DNA from: Turneriella sp.
GTDB taxonomy: Bacteria; Spirochaetota; Leptospiria; Turneriellales; Turneriellaceae
Reading direction: 5' to 3'
Assembly (NCBI GenBank): GCA_965279515.1
Contig: CBDIID010000003.1
Coordinates: 3,936,001-4,000,000 of the forward strand
DNA: 64,000 bases
In this document: positions 19,296-28,556 of the stretch, in pieces
How the letters are laid out: each line of letters opens with the position of its first letter
How positions within the stretch are numbered: position 1 is the stretch's first letter
Program-made: the position numbers and the translations under genes
Notes under the pieces: generated by a model
Told to the model about the DNA's origin: nothing
Seen by the model: the letters and a program-made list of their open reading frames with translations, nothing else
Databases searched by the model: none

Positions 19296-19871
19296 TTGCA
19301 GGTCGTCAGGCGCCGCGCCGAGATTGAGGCACCCATCGAAGCGGTGCTGTCGCTCACGCTCGACGCCGAGCGTTACCCGGAGTTTGCCCCTTCGATTGCC
19401 TCAACGAAACTGCTCTGGCACGATCAGGCGAGCCGCAAGTACTTGATCCGCTATGAGTCGGTGATTCCCGTAATTCAGAAGACGGCAGTCTCGGAGCAAG
19501 AGGTGCACTATGACATTGCTCAGACGACATTCCACTTCCGCGAAACCAAGGGCACTTTCGGCCGCTTCGAGGGCTACCGCAAGCTCATCAGCCTTGAGGG
19601 TAACCGCTCGGCTATCGAGTCCGAGGTGCGCTATTCCTTTGGCGGCAACAAACTCGTGGCGGCGCTGGTGAATAAGGCGACGCAGAGCCTTGTCGAAACC
19701 AACCTCATGCACATCCAGGAAGGCATCAAGCGCCTCGCCGAAGGGGGTAAGGCCGACCCTCTGCAATTAGTCCTCGATAAACTCGAGGTCACCCCGCAAA
19801 TGCTGATTGAGCAGGGGGTGAAGCGGGAAATCCTAATAGGCTATGGAATTACGGCACCGGTATTTGTTTGA
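19296..19871 (+). CDS. SRPBCC/START (polyketide cyclase-like) lipid-binding protein
   Basis: EIEAPIEAV...DAERYPEFAP and GTFGRFEG. TTG start after GAGGT. Confidence 0.7.
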   Translation: MQVVRRRAEIEAPIEAVLSLTLDAERYPEFAPSIASTKLLWHDQASRKYLIRYESVIPVIQKTAVSEQEVHYDIAQTTFHFRETKGTFGRFEGYRKLISLEGNRSAIESEVRYSFGGNKLVAALVNKATQSLVETNLMHIQEGIKRLAEGGKADPLQLVLDKLEVTPQMLIEQGVKREILIGYGITAPVFV

Positions 19872-19911
19872 TTTTTTGGCCTTTAAGGCCTCTTTAGGCT
19901 AATTTATCTGT

Positions 19912-20076
19912 ATGCGAGTCGAAGAAGCGAATAACAACCATGTGAACGTCGGCCGCGCGATTTACGAATCACAGCAAGCCGCCGCAAAAGAGGCGCAAAA
20001 CAAGATAGAGCCCGTACAAAAAGACCAGCCTGCACAGGCTACCGGTACTGCCTCGGCCGTCGACACTTACGCATAA
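19912..20076 (+). CDS. Small protein (54 aa) ending in VDTYA, below the ORF-track cutoff
   Basis: Manual translation: MRVEEANNNHVNVGRAIYESQQAAAKEAQNKIEPVQKDQPAQATGTASAVDTYA. It fills the gap and has host-like codons. Confidence 0.65.
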   Translation: MRVEEANNNHVNVGRAIYESQQAAAKEAQNKIEPVQKDQPAQATGTASAVDTYA

Positions 20077-20175
20077 TTGAGCTGCGCGGAGTGCCTTTTA
20101 AGAAGCGGTCAGCCCGTTTCTTGCTTCGCGGCAGATTTCCTCTTTAATAAACGCGGCAGAAGCCGAAAATAGACT

Positions 20176-20982
20176 ATGGCCGTAGATCAGGCGACAAAAA
20201 AACTCTACAACGAGCGCATCGGAGCGCACAAAACCGAGATTTCAGAGCACGAGAAAGAGCTTTCTGCCTATAAGAAAGCCATGATGTCGAACAAGAAACT
20301 GAAGCCGTTTTTCCACCTCGGTAATTGTGCCCAGAACATCGAAATCATCCGCCTGCAGATGGAGATGAATGAAATCTCCGAACAGATGATGCAGGTGAAG
20401 AATAACTCGTTCCTCGACAATGCGCGCAAGAACCTCTATAAGATCTTCGCCGATCTCGATGCCGCGGTTAAGGGTGATGTCGACGAACCGATCGATTTTA
20501 ACCGCGACGAACTCGACAAAATTGTCCCGTTTACCCCCAAGCAGCGCCTGAACCTCTACCGCCATATACGGCGCGCGATCGAAAAACTGATCGCGGCATA
20601 CGGGCCCAATACCAAGTGGATATGGTCATTTCCCGAGCTCTTTGCCAAGAGCGCGAACCTCGGCAAGAACCTGATCGATTTCCGCGAGGTGCAGTCGAAG
20701 CGCGACCCGCGCGAAGAGTTTTTCTACGACCGCAAAGAAATGGTACAGCATGTCGTCGACGACCTCATGGACGCCTCGAACCGTTACCGCGATAAGTACG
20801 AGATTTCGACAAAGGCGACGGGCGATCTCATTATGGCGATCAAGCTTTTGGATGGCCTGCGTCGGGTGGCTCTTGTAACCAAAGATGATGCTCTCGCTGC
20901 AAAGGCGAAGACTGGTATCGATTCGTACAAAGCCCGCATCGAAGCCGAAAAAGACGAGAAAAAGGTACCGCCGAAGAAGTAG
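20176..20982 (+). CDS. Hypothetical helical soluble protein
   Basis: 268-aa ORF with strong codon bias and no motif I recognise. Confidence 0.8.
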   Translation: MAVDQATKKLYNERIGAHKTEISEHEKELSAYKKAMMSNKKLKPFFHLGNCAQNIEIIRLQMEMNEISEQMMQVKNNSFLDNARKNLYKIFADLDAAVKGDVDEPIDFNRDELDKIVPFTPKQRLNLYRHIRRAIEKLIAAYGPNTKWIWSFPELFAKSANLGKNLIDFREVQSKRDPREEFFYDRKEMVQHVVDDLMDASNRYRDKYEISTKATGDLIMAIKLLDGLRRVALVTKDDALAAKAKTGIDSYKARIEAEKDEKKVPPKK

Positions 20983-21003
20983 CACGCGTCAGCCGGCGGA
21001 AAA

Positions 21004-22548
21004 ATGAAAAAATTTCAATCCGGCTGGTGGATGGCGTTTTTCTATAATTCCGTACCGATAGTGTCGAATGCCTTTGTGCTGTTCGTTTCAAATTTCGTCA
21101 TTGGCTCCTTGCTTTATGATCAGGTAAATCAGGAGATTTTTCGCAAAACAATTTTAGAAAACGCGCGCTATAGTTTCTTCGTCAATATTCTGCCTTTTCC
21201 TGTCATCATGGCGGGTATTGTTTTTGTCTCTTATCCCGCGTTTCGGATTTTTTCCCGCGACCAGGGCGATGCGCGCTACCAGCTGGGATTGCGTCGTATA
21301 TTGAACGCACCCTTTAATATCGGTCTTTGGAGCCTATTCGGTTGGATCTACGGCAACCTGACAGCCCGGGTTATCTATGCCGTCGAAGGTATTCCCCAGG
21401 GTGGTATTGTCTTACTGCGTGTATTTGGAATCTCAACTGTTTCAGGGTTGTTGAATTTTGTTCTGAATTATTACCTGTTGACGTTGATCAACCGGCGATT
21501 TTATATTCCGGTTTTTTTTCCGAATGGTGGTCTCAAAGACGTACCCGGCGTCCGCAATCTCTCCCTGCGATTCAATCTGGAAATCTTCGTGCTTGCGGTT
21601 GCAACCGGACCGATTTTAATTTTAGGTTTGAGCCTGCTCAATATGCAAGGGTTGATAGGATTCGAAAACCGTCCGCCTTACTCAACGAGTATCGGGCTTA
21701 TTCTGGGGTTGGTGGCCCTTGGCATTTTTATGAGTACCCTGCTCGCACGTTCTTTGCGGCGACCTTTGAGTAATATGCGCAACGCCGCACAAACTATCCA
21801 GGGCGGAGACTATTCTGTGAAGCTGCCGGTCGACACCACCGACGAAGTCGGCGATCTTGCACTCAGCATCAATGAAATGGCGATCAGCCTTGCCGAGAAA
21901 GAAAAGATCAAGGAATCCTTTGGCCGCGCCGTCGACCCGCGTGTGCGCGACTATCTGCTCGAACGCGGCGGTGAAATGGGCGGCTTCGAGGTTGAGGCGA
22001 CGATCCTGTTCAGTGACATCCGCGGCTTTACCAGTTTTTCAGAATCCCACTCGGCGCCGGAAGTCGTGGCATGGCTCAATACCTATTTCGAACGTATGGC
22101 CGAGTGCGTACGCGAACACGGCGGCATTGTGAATAAGTATGTCGGCGACGCCATTCTTGCGGTATTCAATGCGCCGCTGCCGCTGGCGAACCATACACAG
22201 GCTGGCGTCGATTGCGCTTTCCGCATGCTCGAAAAGCTCGATGAACTGAACCATGAGCTGCGCGAAAAGGGCATTCCTGAGATCCACATCGGCATTGGTC
22301 TTCATACGGGCAGCGTCGTTGCCGGCAATATCGGCAGCCGCGACCGCCAGGAATTCACTGTCATCGGCGATACCGTCAATACCGCTTCGCGGATCGAAAG
22401 TCTCTGCAAAAAGTTTCAGGCGCCGCTTTTGGTGAGCGAAGCGATCTTCAGCGCGGTGGGGGCAAACTCCGCTTTAAGGAAGCTGGGGTTTGCCCGGGTG
22501 AAGGGTAAAGCCGGTGAGCTGACAATCTATGGCTTAAAGGCGGGGTAA
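21004..22548 (+). CDS. Membrane adenylate/guanylate cyclase with HAMP domain
   Basis: TM region, HAMP DEVGDL, FSDIRGFT, KYVGDA and IGDTVNTASRIE. Confidence 0.92.
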   Translation: MKKFQSGWWMAFFYNSVPIVSNAFVLFVSNFVIGSLLYDQVNQEIFRKTILENARYSFFVNILPFPVIMAGIVFVSYPAFRIFSRDQGDARYQLGLRRILNAPFNIGLWSLFGWIYGNLTARVIYAVEGIPQGGIVLLRVFGISTVSGLLNFVLNYYLLTLINRRFYIPVFFPNGGLKDVPGVRNLSLRFNLEIFVLAVATGPILILGLSLLNMQGLIGFENRPPYSTSIGLILGLVALGIFMSTLLARSLRRPLSNMRNAAQTIQGGDYSVKLPVDTTDEVGDLALSINEMAISLAEKEKIKESFGRAVDPRVRDYLLERGGEMGGFEVEATILFSDIRGFTSFSESHSAPEVVAWLNTYFERMAECVREHGGIVNKYVGDAILAVFNAPLPLANHTQAGVDCAFRMLEKLDELNHELREKGIPEIHIGIGLHTGSVVAGNIGSRDRQEFTVIGDTVNTASRIESLCKKFQAPLLVSEAIFSAVGANSALRKLGFARVKGKAGELTIYGLKAG

Positions 22549-22602
22549 ATCCCACCGGGCAAAAAACCCTTGACGGAGGAAAAGAATCTCGCGGCAAAAT
22601 CT

Positions 22603-23070
22603 ATGGTGATCTTGCCACGTTCTTTTTTTGCCACACTTCTCTGCAGCGCCTTTTTATTCTCGGGGTTGTTAACTGCCGCGGGGGAGAATCCAGTAGAGGC
22701 TCCCGAAATTTCGTGGAAGACGCTGCGCGGTTATAATCTCAAAACCGGTAAAATGTCAGAGATGCTGACCAAGCTCAACGGCAAGGCGATCAAAATTCCC
22801 GGCTTCATGGTGCCGCTCGACGACATGGAATATGAATCGGTGGGGCGTTTTCTGCTCGTGCCCGACCCCCAGGCATGTATTCACGTACCGCCGCCACCCG
22901 CAAACCAGATGATCTACGTCGTGATGGAAAATAAAAAAAAGGCACCGGTGACCTGGGGTATGCCGGTCGTGCTGATGGGTAAGCTCAAGGTGAAATCGAT
23001 TCGTTCGCAGTTCGGCGTCGTTTCTTTTCAGGTCGCGGGCGAACTCGTGAAGCCCTATACAGGGAAGTGA
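22603..23070 (+). CDS. DUF3299 family exported protein
   Basis: Signal peptide, LNGKAIKIPGFMVPL and ACIHVPPPPANQ. Confidence 0.85.
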   Translation: MVILPRSFFATLLCSAFLFSGLLTAAGENPVEAPEISWKTLRGYNLKTGKMSEMLTKLNGKAIKIPGFMVPLDDMEYESVGRFLLVPDPQACIHVPPPPANQMIYVVMENKKKAPVTWGMPVVLMGKLKVKSIRSQFGVVSFQVAGELVKPYTGK

Positions 23071-23783
23071 TGGCGAAGGGCAGGGCAACCAGGGCAAAAG
23101 GCACTTCGCCGGCAATTCATCTCCAGCGTGTCGGCTTCCGTTATGGTACGCAGCCGGTGCTCGACATCGGTGAGCTTAAAATTCCTGCCGGTGCACATAC
23201 GCTGATCTACGGTGAAAGCGGCTGCGGCAAGAGCACGCTCATGAATCTCTTGTCGGGCATTCTCACCGGGCATACCGGGCTGCTCGAAGTGCTCGGGACA
23301 GACTACGCGGGCATGAAAGCCACGCGCCACGACCGGTTTCGTGCGCAGAATCTTGCGGTGATCTTTCAGCAGTTCAATCTGATTCCTTATCTTACCGTGA
23401 GCGAAAATGTTTTACTCGGCGCAAAGCTTGCGGGTAAACATGCGGATCTATCGCAGATGGAGAAAATTCTCGATCATTTGCAGATCTCTGCTCTCTCTCA
23501 GCAACGCGCGGTATCGCTCAGCCACGGCCAGCAGCAACGCGTTGCTGCGGCGCGCGCGCTTGTGGCGCGTGCGTCGATCATTCTCGCCGATGAACCGACG
23601 AGCGCACTCGACGAACTCAATGCCCGGCTGTTTCTCGACCTATTGTTCCGCGAGGCTGAGGAAAATAACACGACAATTGTTGTCGTCTCACACGATCTGC
23701 GGCATAAAAAACGTTTCGATCAGGTGATTGATCTGACGAAGATCAACAAAGTCGTGAAAACCGGAAGGGGCAGGGCAGCGTGA
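23067..23783 (+). CDS. ABC transporter ATP-binding protein
   Basis: GESGCGKST, LSHGQQQR, ADEPT and SHD. Confidence 0.93.
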   Translation: MMAKGRATRAKGTSPAIHLQRVGFRYGTQPVLDIGELKIPAGAHTLIYGESGCGKSTLMNLLSGILTGHTGLLEVLGTDYAGMKATRHDRFRAQNLAVIFQQFNLIPYLTVSENVLLGAKLAGKHADLSQMEKILDHLQISALSQQRAVSLSHGQQQRVAAARALVARASIILADEPTSALDELNARLFLDLLFREAEENNTTIVVVSHDLRHKKRFDQVIDLTKINKVVKTGRGRAA

Positions 23784-25021
23784 TTCGGCTCGTTCTCGCC
23801 TCGCTGGCAAACCGCAAAGCCATAGCGTTTCTGACAGCGCTCTCTGTCGCCCTCAGCGTATTTCTTTTTGCCGGCGTTGAAAAACTCAGGCACGGGGCGC
23901 GCGCAAGTTTTACCCATACGGTAAGCGGCACGCACATCATTGCGGGTGCGCGCTCAGGGCAGATACCGCTGCTGTTGTTTTCACTCTTCCACATCGGTTC
24001 GCCCACGAGCAATATTTCGTACAAATCTTACCTGAAATACAAAAGGCATCCGTCGGTTGCCTGGGCCGTACCGGTTTCGATCGGTGACAGCCACCGCGGT
24101 TTCCGGGTTGTCGGTACCGACGATAGCATCTTCTCGCATTACCAATACGGTAATGGCCAAAAACTACGTGTCGCCGCCGGTGAGCTCAGCCTCAGCCGTT
24201 TTCGCGCTGTGCTCGGCAGTACTGCGGCGCGTGAACTCAGGTACAAAGCGGGTGATAAGCTGGTGCTGACCCATGGTATCAGTGATGTGCAGGGCATCCA
24301 CGACCATGATGAAAATCCCTTTGTTGTTTCGGGGGTGCTCGAACCTACGGGGACGCCCTTCGATAAAGGTATCTACGTCTCCCTGGAAAGCGTCGAACTC
24401 ATGCACGAAGCCGAAAGCCACGGGGACGAGAAAAGCGGCGAACATGCGGATGATAAACCCGTGCGCATTGAAAAACTCACCAGCTTTCTCGTTGGTGTCA
24501 GAGAACCGGTGGATATCCTGCCTTTGATGCGTGCCATCAACGAGGATGAAAATGAGCCATTGACGGCTATTTTACCGGGTGTCGTCTTAAGCGAGATCTG
24601 GAATGTCATGGGTTATCTCGAGAACATTCTGAAACTTGTTTCGGTGCTCGTTATGCTGACCGCGCTCTGCGGCCTCTTTATCGCCCTCTATGCCTCGCTC
24701 GCCGAGCGTTACCGCGAGATGGCCATTCTGCGCTCGCTGGGCGCGGCCCCCGCCAAGATCGCGTCGCTGCTGATCACCGAAAGTCTGATACTGACCCTGG
24801 GTGGATTGCTCCTGGGGTACGTGCTATTGTTCCTTGCAACGACTGTTTTCCATTCGGCGTTGCTGCGTTCTTTTTCCGTCGCGATCGGCGTTTTTCCCCT
24901 TACCGGCCAGGAAACAATTTTCCTTGCCGTTCTGATTGTCACAGGTACGGTCGTCGCCATGATCCCGGCTTACATACTCTATCGCCGCGCGCTCAGCGAA
25001 GGGCTTCAGGTTACAAAATAA
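23780..25021 (+). CDS. MacB/FtsX-type ABC permease with His-rich loops
   Basis: GDSHRGFRVVGT, THG...HDHDENPF and REMAILRSLGA. Confidence 0.9.
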   Translation: MIRLVLASLANRKAIAFLTALSVALSVFLFAGVEKLRHGARASFTHTVSGTHIIAGARSGQIPLLLFSLFHIGSPTSNISYKSYLKYKRHPSVAWAVPVSIGDSHRGFRVVGTDDSIFSHYQYGNGQKLRVAAGELSLSRFRAVLGSTAARELRYKAGDKLVLTHGISDVQGIHDHDENPFVVSGVLEPTGTPFDKGIYVSLESVELMHEAESHGDEKSGEHADDKPVRIEKLTSFLVGVREPVDILPLMRAINEDENEPLTAILPGVVLSEIWNVMGYLENILKLVSVLVMLTALCGLFIALYASLAERYREMAILRSLGAAPAKIASLLITESLILTLGGLLLGYVLLFLATTVFHSALLRSFSVAIGVFPLTGQETIFLAVLIVTGTVVAMIPAYILYRRALSEGLQVTK

Positions 25022-25698
25022 TGGGCCGCCGGACTCTCGAAAAAGAGCGCGAACTCGACCCCCAGGTCCGCAGCGAATACATGGCACGGCTGATGCCGTT
25101 CTTCGTCGAGAAAGGCATGTCGATGCATAGCATGGACGACATTGTGCAATACCTCGAAATCAGTAAGGCGACATTTTACCGCCACTTCCGCTCGCGTGAC
25201 GAACTTTTTGAGCTGTTTATCGACTACGTGGTCGATAAAATTCTTTCATCGCGTGTTTTTCTGCACAACAAGGCATTGCCCTATGAAGAGCGTTACCTGC
25301 TCACCTTCGCGGCGATTCTACATGAACTGGGCGGCATGGGGTTCACCCTCATGTCAGACCTGCGGTATAGCCTGCTGCCGCTGTGGGATAAAATACGCGG
25401 TACGTATACGATCTGGGAAGCGGAGCTGAACGTCTTCTTTAAAGAAGGCATCGCCAGCGGCTATGTACATGACGTGAATCCCTCTATTCTCGCGCACATG
25501 ATTATTCTGTTTTTCAGGGAGCTCATGACACCCGAGTACCTGCAGTCGCTCAAGATGACGCTCGCCGAGGCATTTATGGCGACATTTCGTATCCAGATCC
25601 GCAGCATCGTCAAAGACCCGAATTTTTCATTCGAAACCATCGAAGAGCGCATGCGCACTACTTTCCCTGAACTCGAAAAATTATTTAACAAAATGTAG
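25021..25698 (+). CDS. TetR family transcriptional regulator
   Basis: SMDDIVQYLEISKATFYRHFRSRDELF. TAATG-coupled to the permease. Confidence 0.9.
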   Translation: MGRRTLEKERELDPQVRSEYMARLMPFFVEKGMSMHSMDDIVQYLEISKATFYRHFRSRDELFELFIDYVVDKILSSRVFLHNKALPYEERYLLTFAAILHELGGMGFTLMSDLRYSLLPLWDKIRGTYTIWEAELNVFFKEGIASGYVHDVNPSILAHMIILFFRELMTPEYLQSLKMTLAEAFMATFRIQIRSIVKDPNFSFETIEERMRTTFPELEKLFNKM

Positions 25699-25712
25699 GT
25701 GGCCGAGTCGAC

Positions 25713-25738
25713 CAAAAAAAAGCCCCTTGCGGGGCTTT
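25713..25738. terminator. Intrinsic terminator for rplT (possibly bidirectional)
   Basis: A-tract, then AAAGCCCC-TTGC-GGGGCTTT, between convergent genes. Confidence 0.8.
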
Positions 25739-25795
25739 CATCACGGGAGGAAATTCAAAAAAACTATTTGGTTAGCCGAAATCCCCTGATTTTTC

Positions 25796-26143
25796 TTATG
25801 CGGCTTTAGCGATACGTACGACTTCTTTAAAAGCCACCGGATCGATCACCGCCATTTCGCTCAGGCTCTTGCGGTTGAGCGCGATTTTAGCCTTGATGAC
25901 GCCTGCCATAAACTTGCTATAGCTGATGCCTTCGGGGCGAACCGCTGCATTGATGCGGGCAATCCAAAGAACGCGGAAATGGCGTTTCCTTTGTTTGCGG
26001 TCGCGGAACGCCCACATGTCAGCCTTGAGCGCGGCGTCTTTTGCCGTGCGGTAAAGGCGACGGCGACCGGCTCTGAAGCCCTTGGTGCGTTTGAGTATTT
26101 TCTTACGACGATTTTTGTGTATGGTACCGTTTGTGGCGCGCAT
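25796..26143 (-). CDS. rplT: 50S ribosomal protein L20
   Basis: RRKKILKRTKGFR, FRVLWIARINAA and LNRKSLSEMA. Confidence 0.97.
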   Translation of the reverse strand: MRATNGTIHKNRRKKILKRTKGFRAGRRRLYRTAKDAALKADMWAFRDRKQRKRHFRVLWIARINAAVRPEGISYSKFMAGVIKAKIALNRKSLSEMAVIDPVAFKEVVRIAKAA

Positions 26144-26160
26144 GGTGTTCCCTTAATTGC

Positions 26161-26358
26161 TTACTTGATGCCTAAAAGGCGGCGTACGCGGCCTTCGTCA
26201 GCTTCATGCACGTAACCGGCCTTAGCGAGGTTATTTTTGCGTTTCGCGGATTTTTTTGTCAGAATGTGGTTCTTACCCGCTTTGGTTCTTTTAATCTTAC
26301 CTTTGGCGGAGACGCGAAAACGCTTTTTCGCGGCCTTATTGGTCTTCTTGCCGTGCAT
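26161..26358 (-). CDS. rpmI: 50S ribosomal protein L35
   Basis: KTNKAAKKRFRVSAKGKIKR and HILTKKS. ATG at 26358. Confidence 0.93.
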   Translation of the reverse strand: MHGKKTNKAAKKRFRVSAKGKIKRTKAGKNHILTKKSAKRKNNLAKAGYVHEADEGRVRRLLGIK

Positions 26359-26420
26359 CCGCCAAAATTGGATTTTCAGACACAGCGTCAATATGAATGA
26401 GGATTTAAGGTGGCTGAAAC

Positions 26421-27008
26421 ATGGAGTCGTATTTTTGGGTGTTTTTGCCGTCTGACCCGGCCCAGGGCCAGGTTCGTGCGGTGCAAACAGAGCTGCATGA
26501 CCGTTTTGGGCTAAAAAAAGCCCTGCTGCCCCCCGTCCATATTTCCTTTCCCGCCGAAGCGCCCGTGCCGCCGGATCAGGTTGCCCGGTTATTGGAAATT
26601 TCGCTTTCCTTTGCCCGGCGCTCTGGGCCGATTCCCGTCGAACTGACAGGCTTTCAAGCCTTTGGAAACCGGACGATTTCGCTCAAAGTCAGGGATAATG
26701 AGCCCTTCCGCAGTTTTTGGCGCCCGTTTCGGGCAAAGCTCATGGCCGAGTTCGGCTTTTCGGCCAAAGCTGTGGAATCGACAGTCAACCCGCATGTCAC
26801 GGTGGCCTTCCGCGATCTGACCCCGGAGATATTTGCGATACTCTGGCCTGAGCTCAGGGATCGCAGTTTTCATGCCAGCTTTGTACTCCATGCACTGCAC
26901 CTCTATAAGTATGGCCCCTATCGCAGATGGATTCACATCGCGGAGCTGCCGCTTTCAGGGGAAAATGTGGCGTCAGACAGTCAAGGGACGCTATTTCAAA
27001 TACCTTGA
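26421..27008 (+). CDS. 2H phosphoesterase / 2'-5' RNA ligase family protein
   Basis: Two HxS/T motifs: PVHISF and PHVTVA. Confidence 0.8.
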   Translation: MESYFWVFLPSDPAQGQVRAVQTELHDRFGLKKALLPPVHISFPAEAPVPPDQVARLLEISLSFARRSGPIPVELTGFQAFGNRTISLKVRDNEPFRSFWRPFRAKLMAEFGFSAKAVESTVNPHVTVAFRDLTPEIFAILWPELRDRSFHASFVLHALHLYKYGPYRRWIHIAELPLSGENVASDSQGTLFQIP

Positions 27009-27091
27009 CGCGGCGTCCCAATTTCGTGCAATGCACCAGCGCACTGCGTGAGAGCCGGGCTTTCTCATGTGCAACGCGCAAAAGGATTGTT

Positions 27092-27706
27092 ATGAAAATA
27101 ATTAAACGTTATGCGAACCGCCGGCTCTATGATCCTGAAACATCGCGTACCATCACCCTCGACGAAGTGGCGCAGTACGTGCGCGACGGTATCGATATCA
27201 AGGTGATCGACAATACCAATGGCGAAGACATTACCCGCAAAGTCCTGGGCCAAACCTTCCTTAAACTCAATGATAATGACAGAGTCGGTAATCCCGTTCT
27301 GCAAAACCAGATGCTGAAGCTACTCATCCGCGAAAGCAAAGGCGGAGTGCTCGAAGTTCTGAAAAAACTCGTACTTGCCGGCGTCGGCATGACACAGAGC
27401 ACTTCAGACGAACGCAAAACACTGCTCGAAATGATGCTCAACCCCTCTGAGGCGCATGAGCAGGAACAACGTGCTTTCCTGAAAGGCCTTGCCGATAAGG
27501 GCCAGCAAGAGGCCGACCGCGTGATGCAGAGCATCTCTGGCCTTGTGACCAACATCTCGCAATCGATCCAGGATAACATGGTCTCTGTGCTCGACCCCAA
27601 TGAGCGCGCACGCAAGCTCGACGGTCTTTTGGGCCAGATCGAGACGATTCAAAAATCGATCAGTAAATTCAGCAAAACAGAAAAGAACGGCTCGAAAGCC
27701 GGCTAA
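27092..27706 (+). CDS. PhaR-type DNA-binding domain protein with phasin-like C-terminus
   Basis: IKRYANRRLYD...ITLDEV...GEDIT and KKLVLAGVG. SD AAGGA. Confidence 0.75.
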   Translation: MKIIKRYANRRLYDPETSRTITLDEVAQYVRDGIDIKVIDNTNGEDITRKVLGQTFLKLNDNDRVGNPVLQNQMLKLLIRESKGGVLEVLKKLVLAGVGMTQSTSDERKTLLEMMLNPSEAHEQEQRAFLKGLADKGQQEADRVMQSISGLVTNISQSIQDNMVSVLDPNERARKLDGLLGQIETIQKSISKFSKTEKNGSKAG

Positions 27707-27714
27707 GTTCTACT

Positions 27715-28470
27715 ATGTCGGTGCTGATGCGCCCACCCCGCCGCAGCTTTGTGCGGCGGCTCATTCTACCGGTTCTGACGCTCGGTGCACTCACCGGTGT
27801 CATTATTTTCCTCGTCTACCGCTTCGGCGATACCCCTGTCGAAAAAGCCGAAAAGCTGTTTGCAAAACGCGATCTCGGGGGATTACATTCTTATACGCGT
27901 AAAAAGCTCGAAAAGGGCGAAGTCAATCCGCTGCTTTATTCGTACTTTGCCGTCGCCGAATTCAGCACTAACCCCAAGGCAACACTGGCTGGCGTGCTGA
28001 GCAATATTAAAGCGGTGGATGATCGCCCGGTTTTCCGGCGCGAGGCTTTGCACCGCATTCTGCAAATACCCGCTAACCTCGAACGCGCCGGCGAAATTCT
28101 CGCTGAGGCCCTGAAGCTCGAGCAACCGCCCGGCGATGAGATGAAGATCCTTGTCCGTAACGTGGTGGCGTCTGAAGCACCGCTTTCAGGTGACAGCGGT
28201 CTTTTTGCGGTGCTTAAGGGTATATTCCCGGGGGATATCCGCCGGGTGAAAGCCAGGGAGCTACAGTGGCGCAAGTCGCCTTCAACGGAAGGCGCCGTCA
28301 TACGCCGCCTGACCGACAAAGAAGAGCTTTTGCTGCGCCAGGTGGGGCATGCGACGACCGTCTCGGGTAAAAAGGGGACCTGGGTTTTCGTTTTGGATGC
28401 CGAGATGAACTCTGGTTGGGTTTTTGATGCCTACCTTGAAAAAGTGCCAATTACCGAATCGGCAGAATAG
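27715..28470 (+). CDS. Membrane-anchored protein with C-terminal SH3b domain
   Basis: N-terminal TM segment, then RKSPSTEGAVI...GTWV...GWVFDAYL. Confidence 0.75.
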   Translation: MSVLMRPPRRSFVRRLILPVLTLGALTGVIIFLVYRFGDTPVEKAEKLFAKRDLGGLHSYTRKKLEKGEVNPLLYSYFAVAEFSTNPKATLAGVLSNIKAVDDRPVFRREALHRILQIPANLERAGEILAEALKLEQPPGDEMKILVRNVVASEAPLSGDSGLFAVLKGIFPGDIRRVKARELQWRKSPSTEGAVIRRLTDKEELLLRQVGHATTVSGKKGTWVFVLDAEMNSGWVFDAYLEKVPITESAE

Positions 28471-28556
28471 CCTATTTTTTGCGCGGCGCACAATGTACCC
28501 GCCGCATTGGATTTTTTTGCTTGCCGCCTGTTATGGAAGGCAATGATTACACTATT

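Noticed and set aside
20143..20175. sigma28 promoter for the 20176 gene (GCCGAAAA)
   Set aside because: The -35 match is poor and the element lies only 6 nt from the ATG, which is not enough support.
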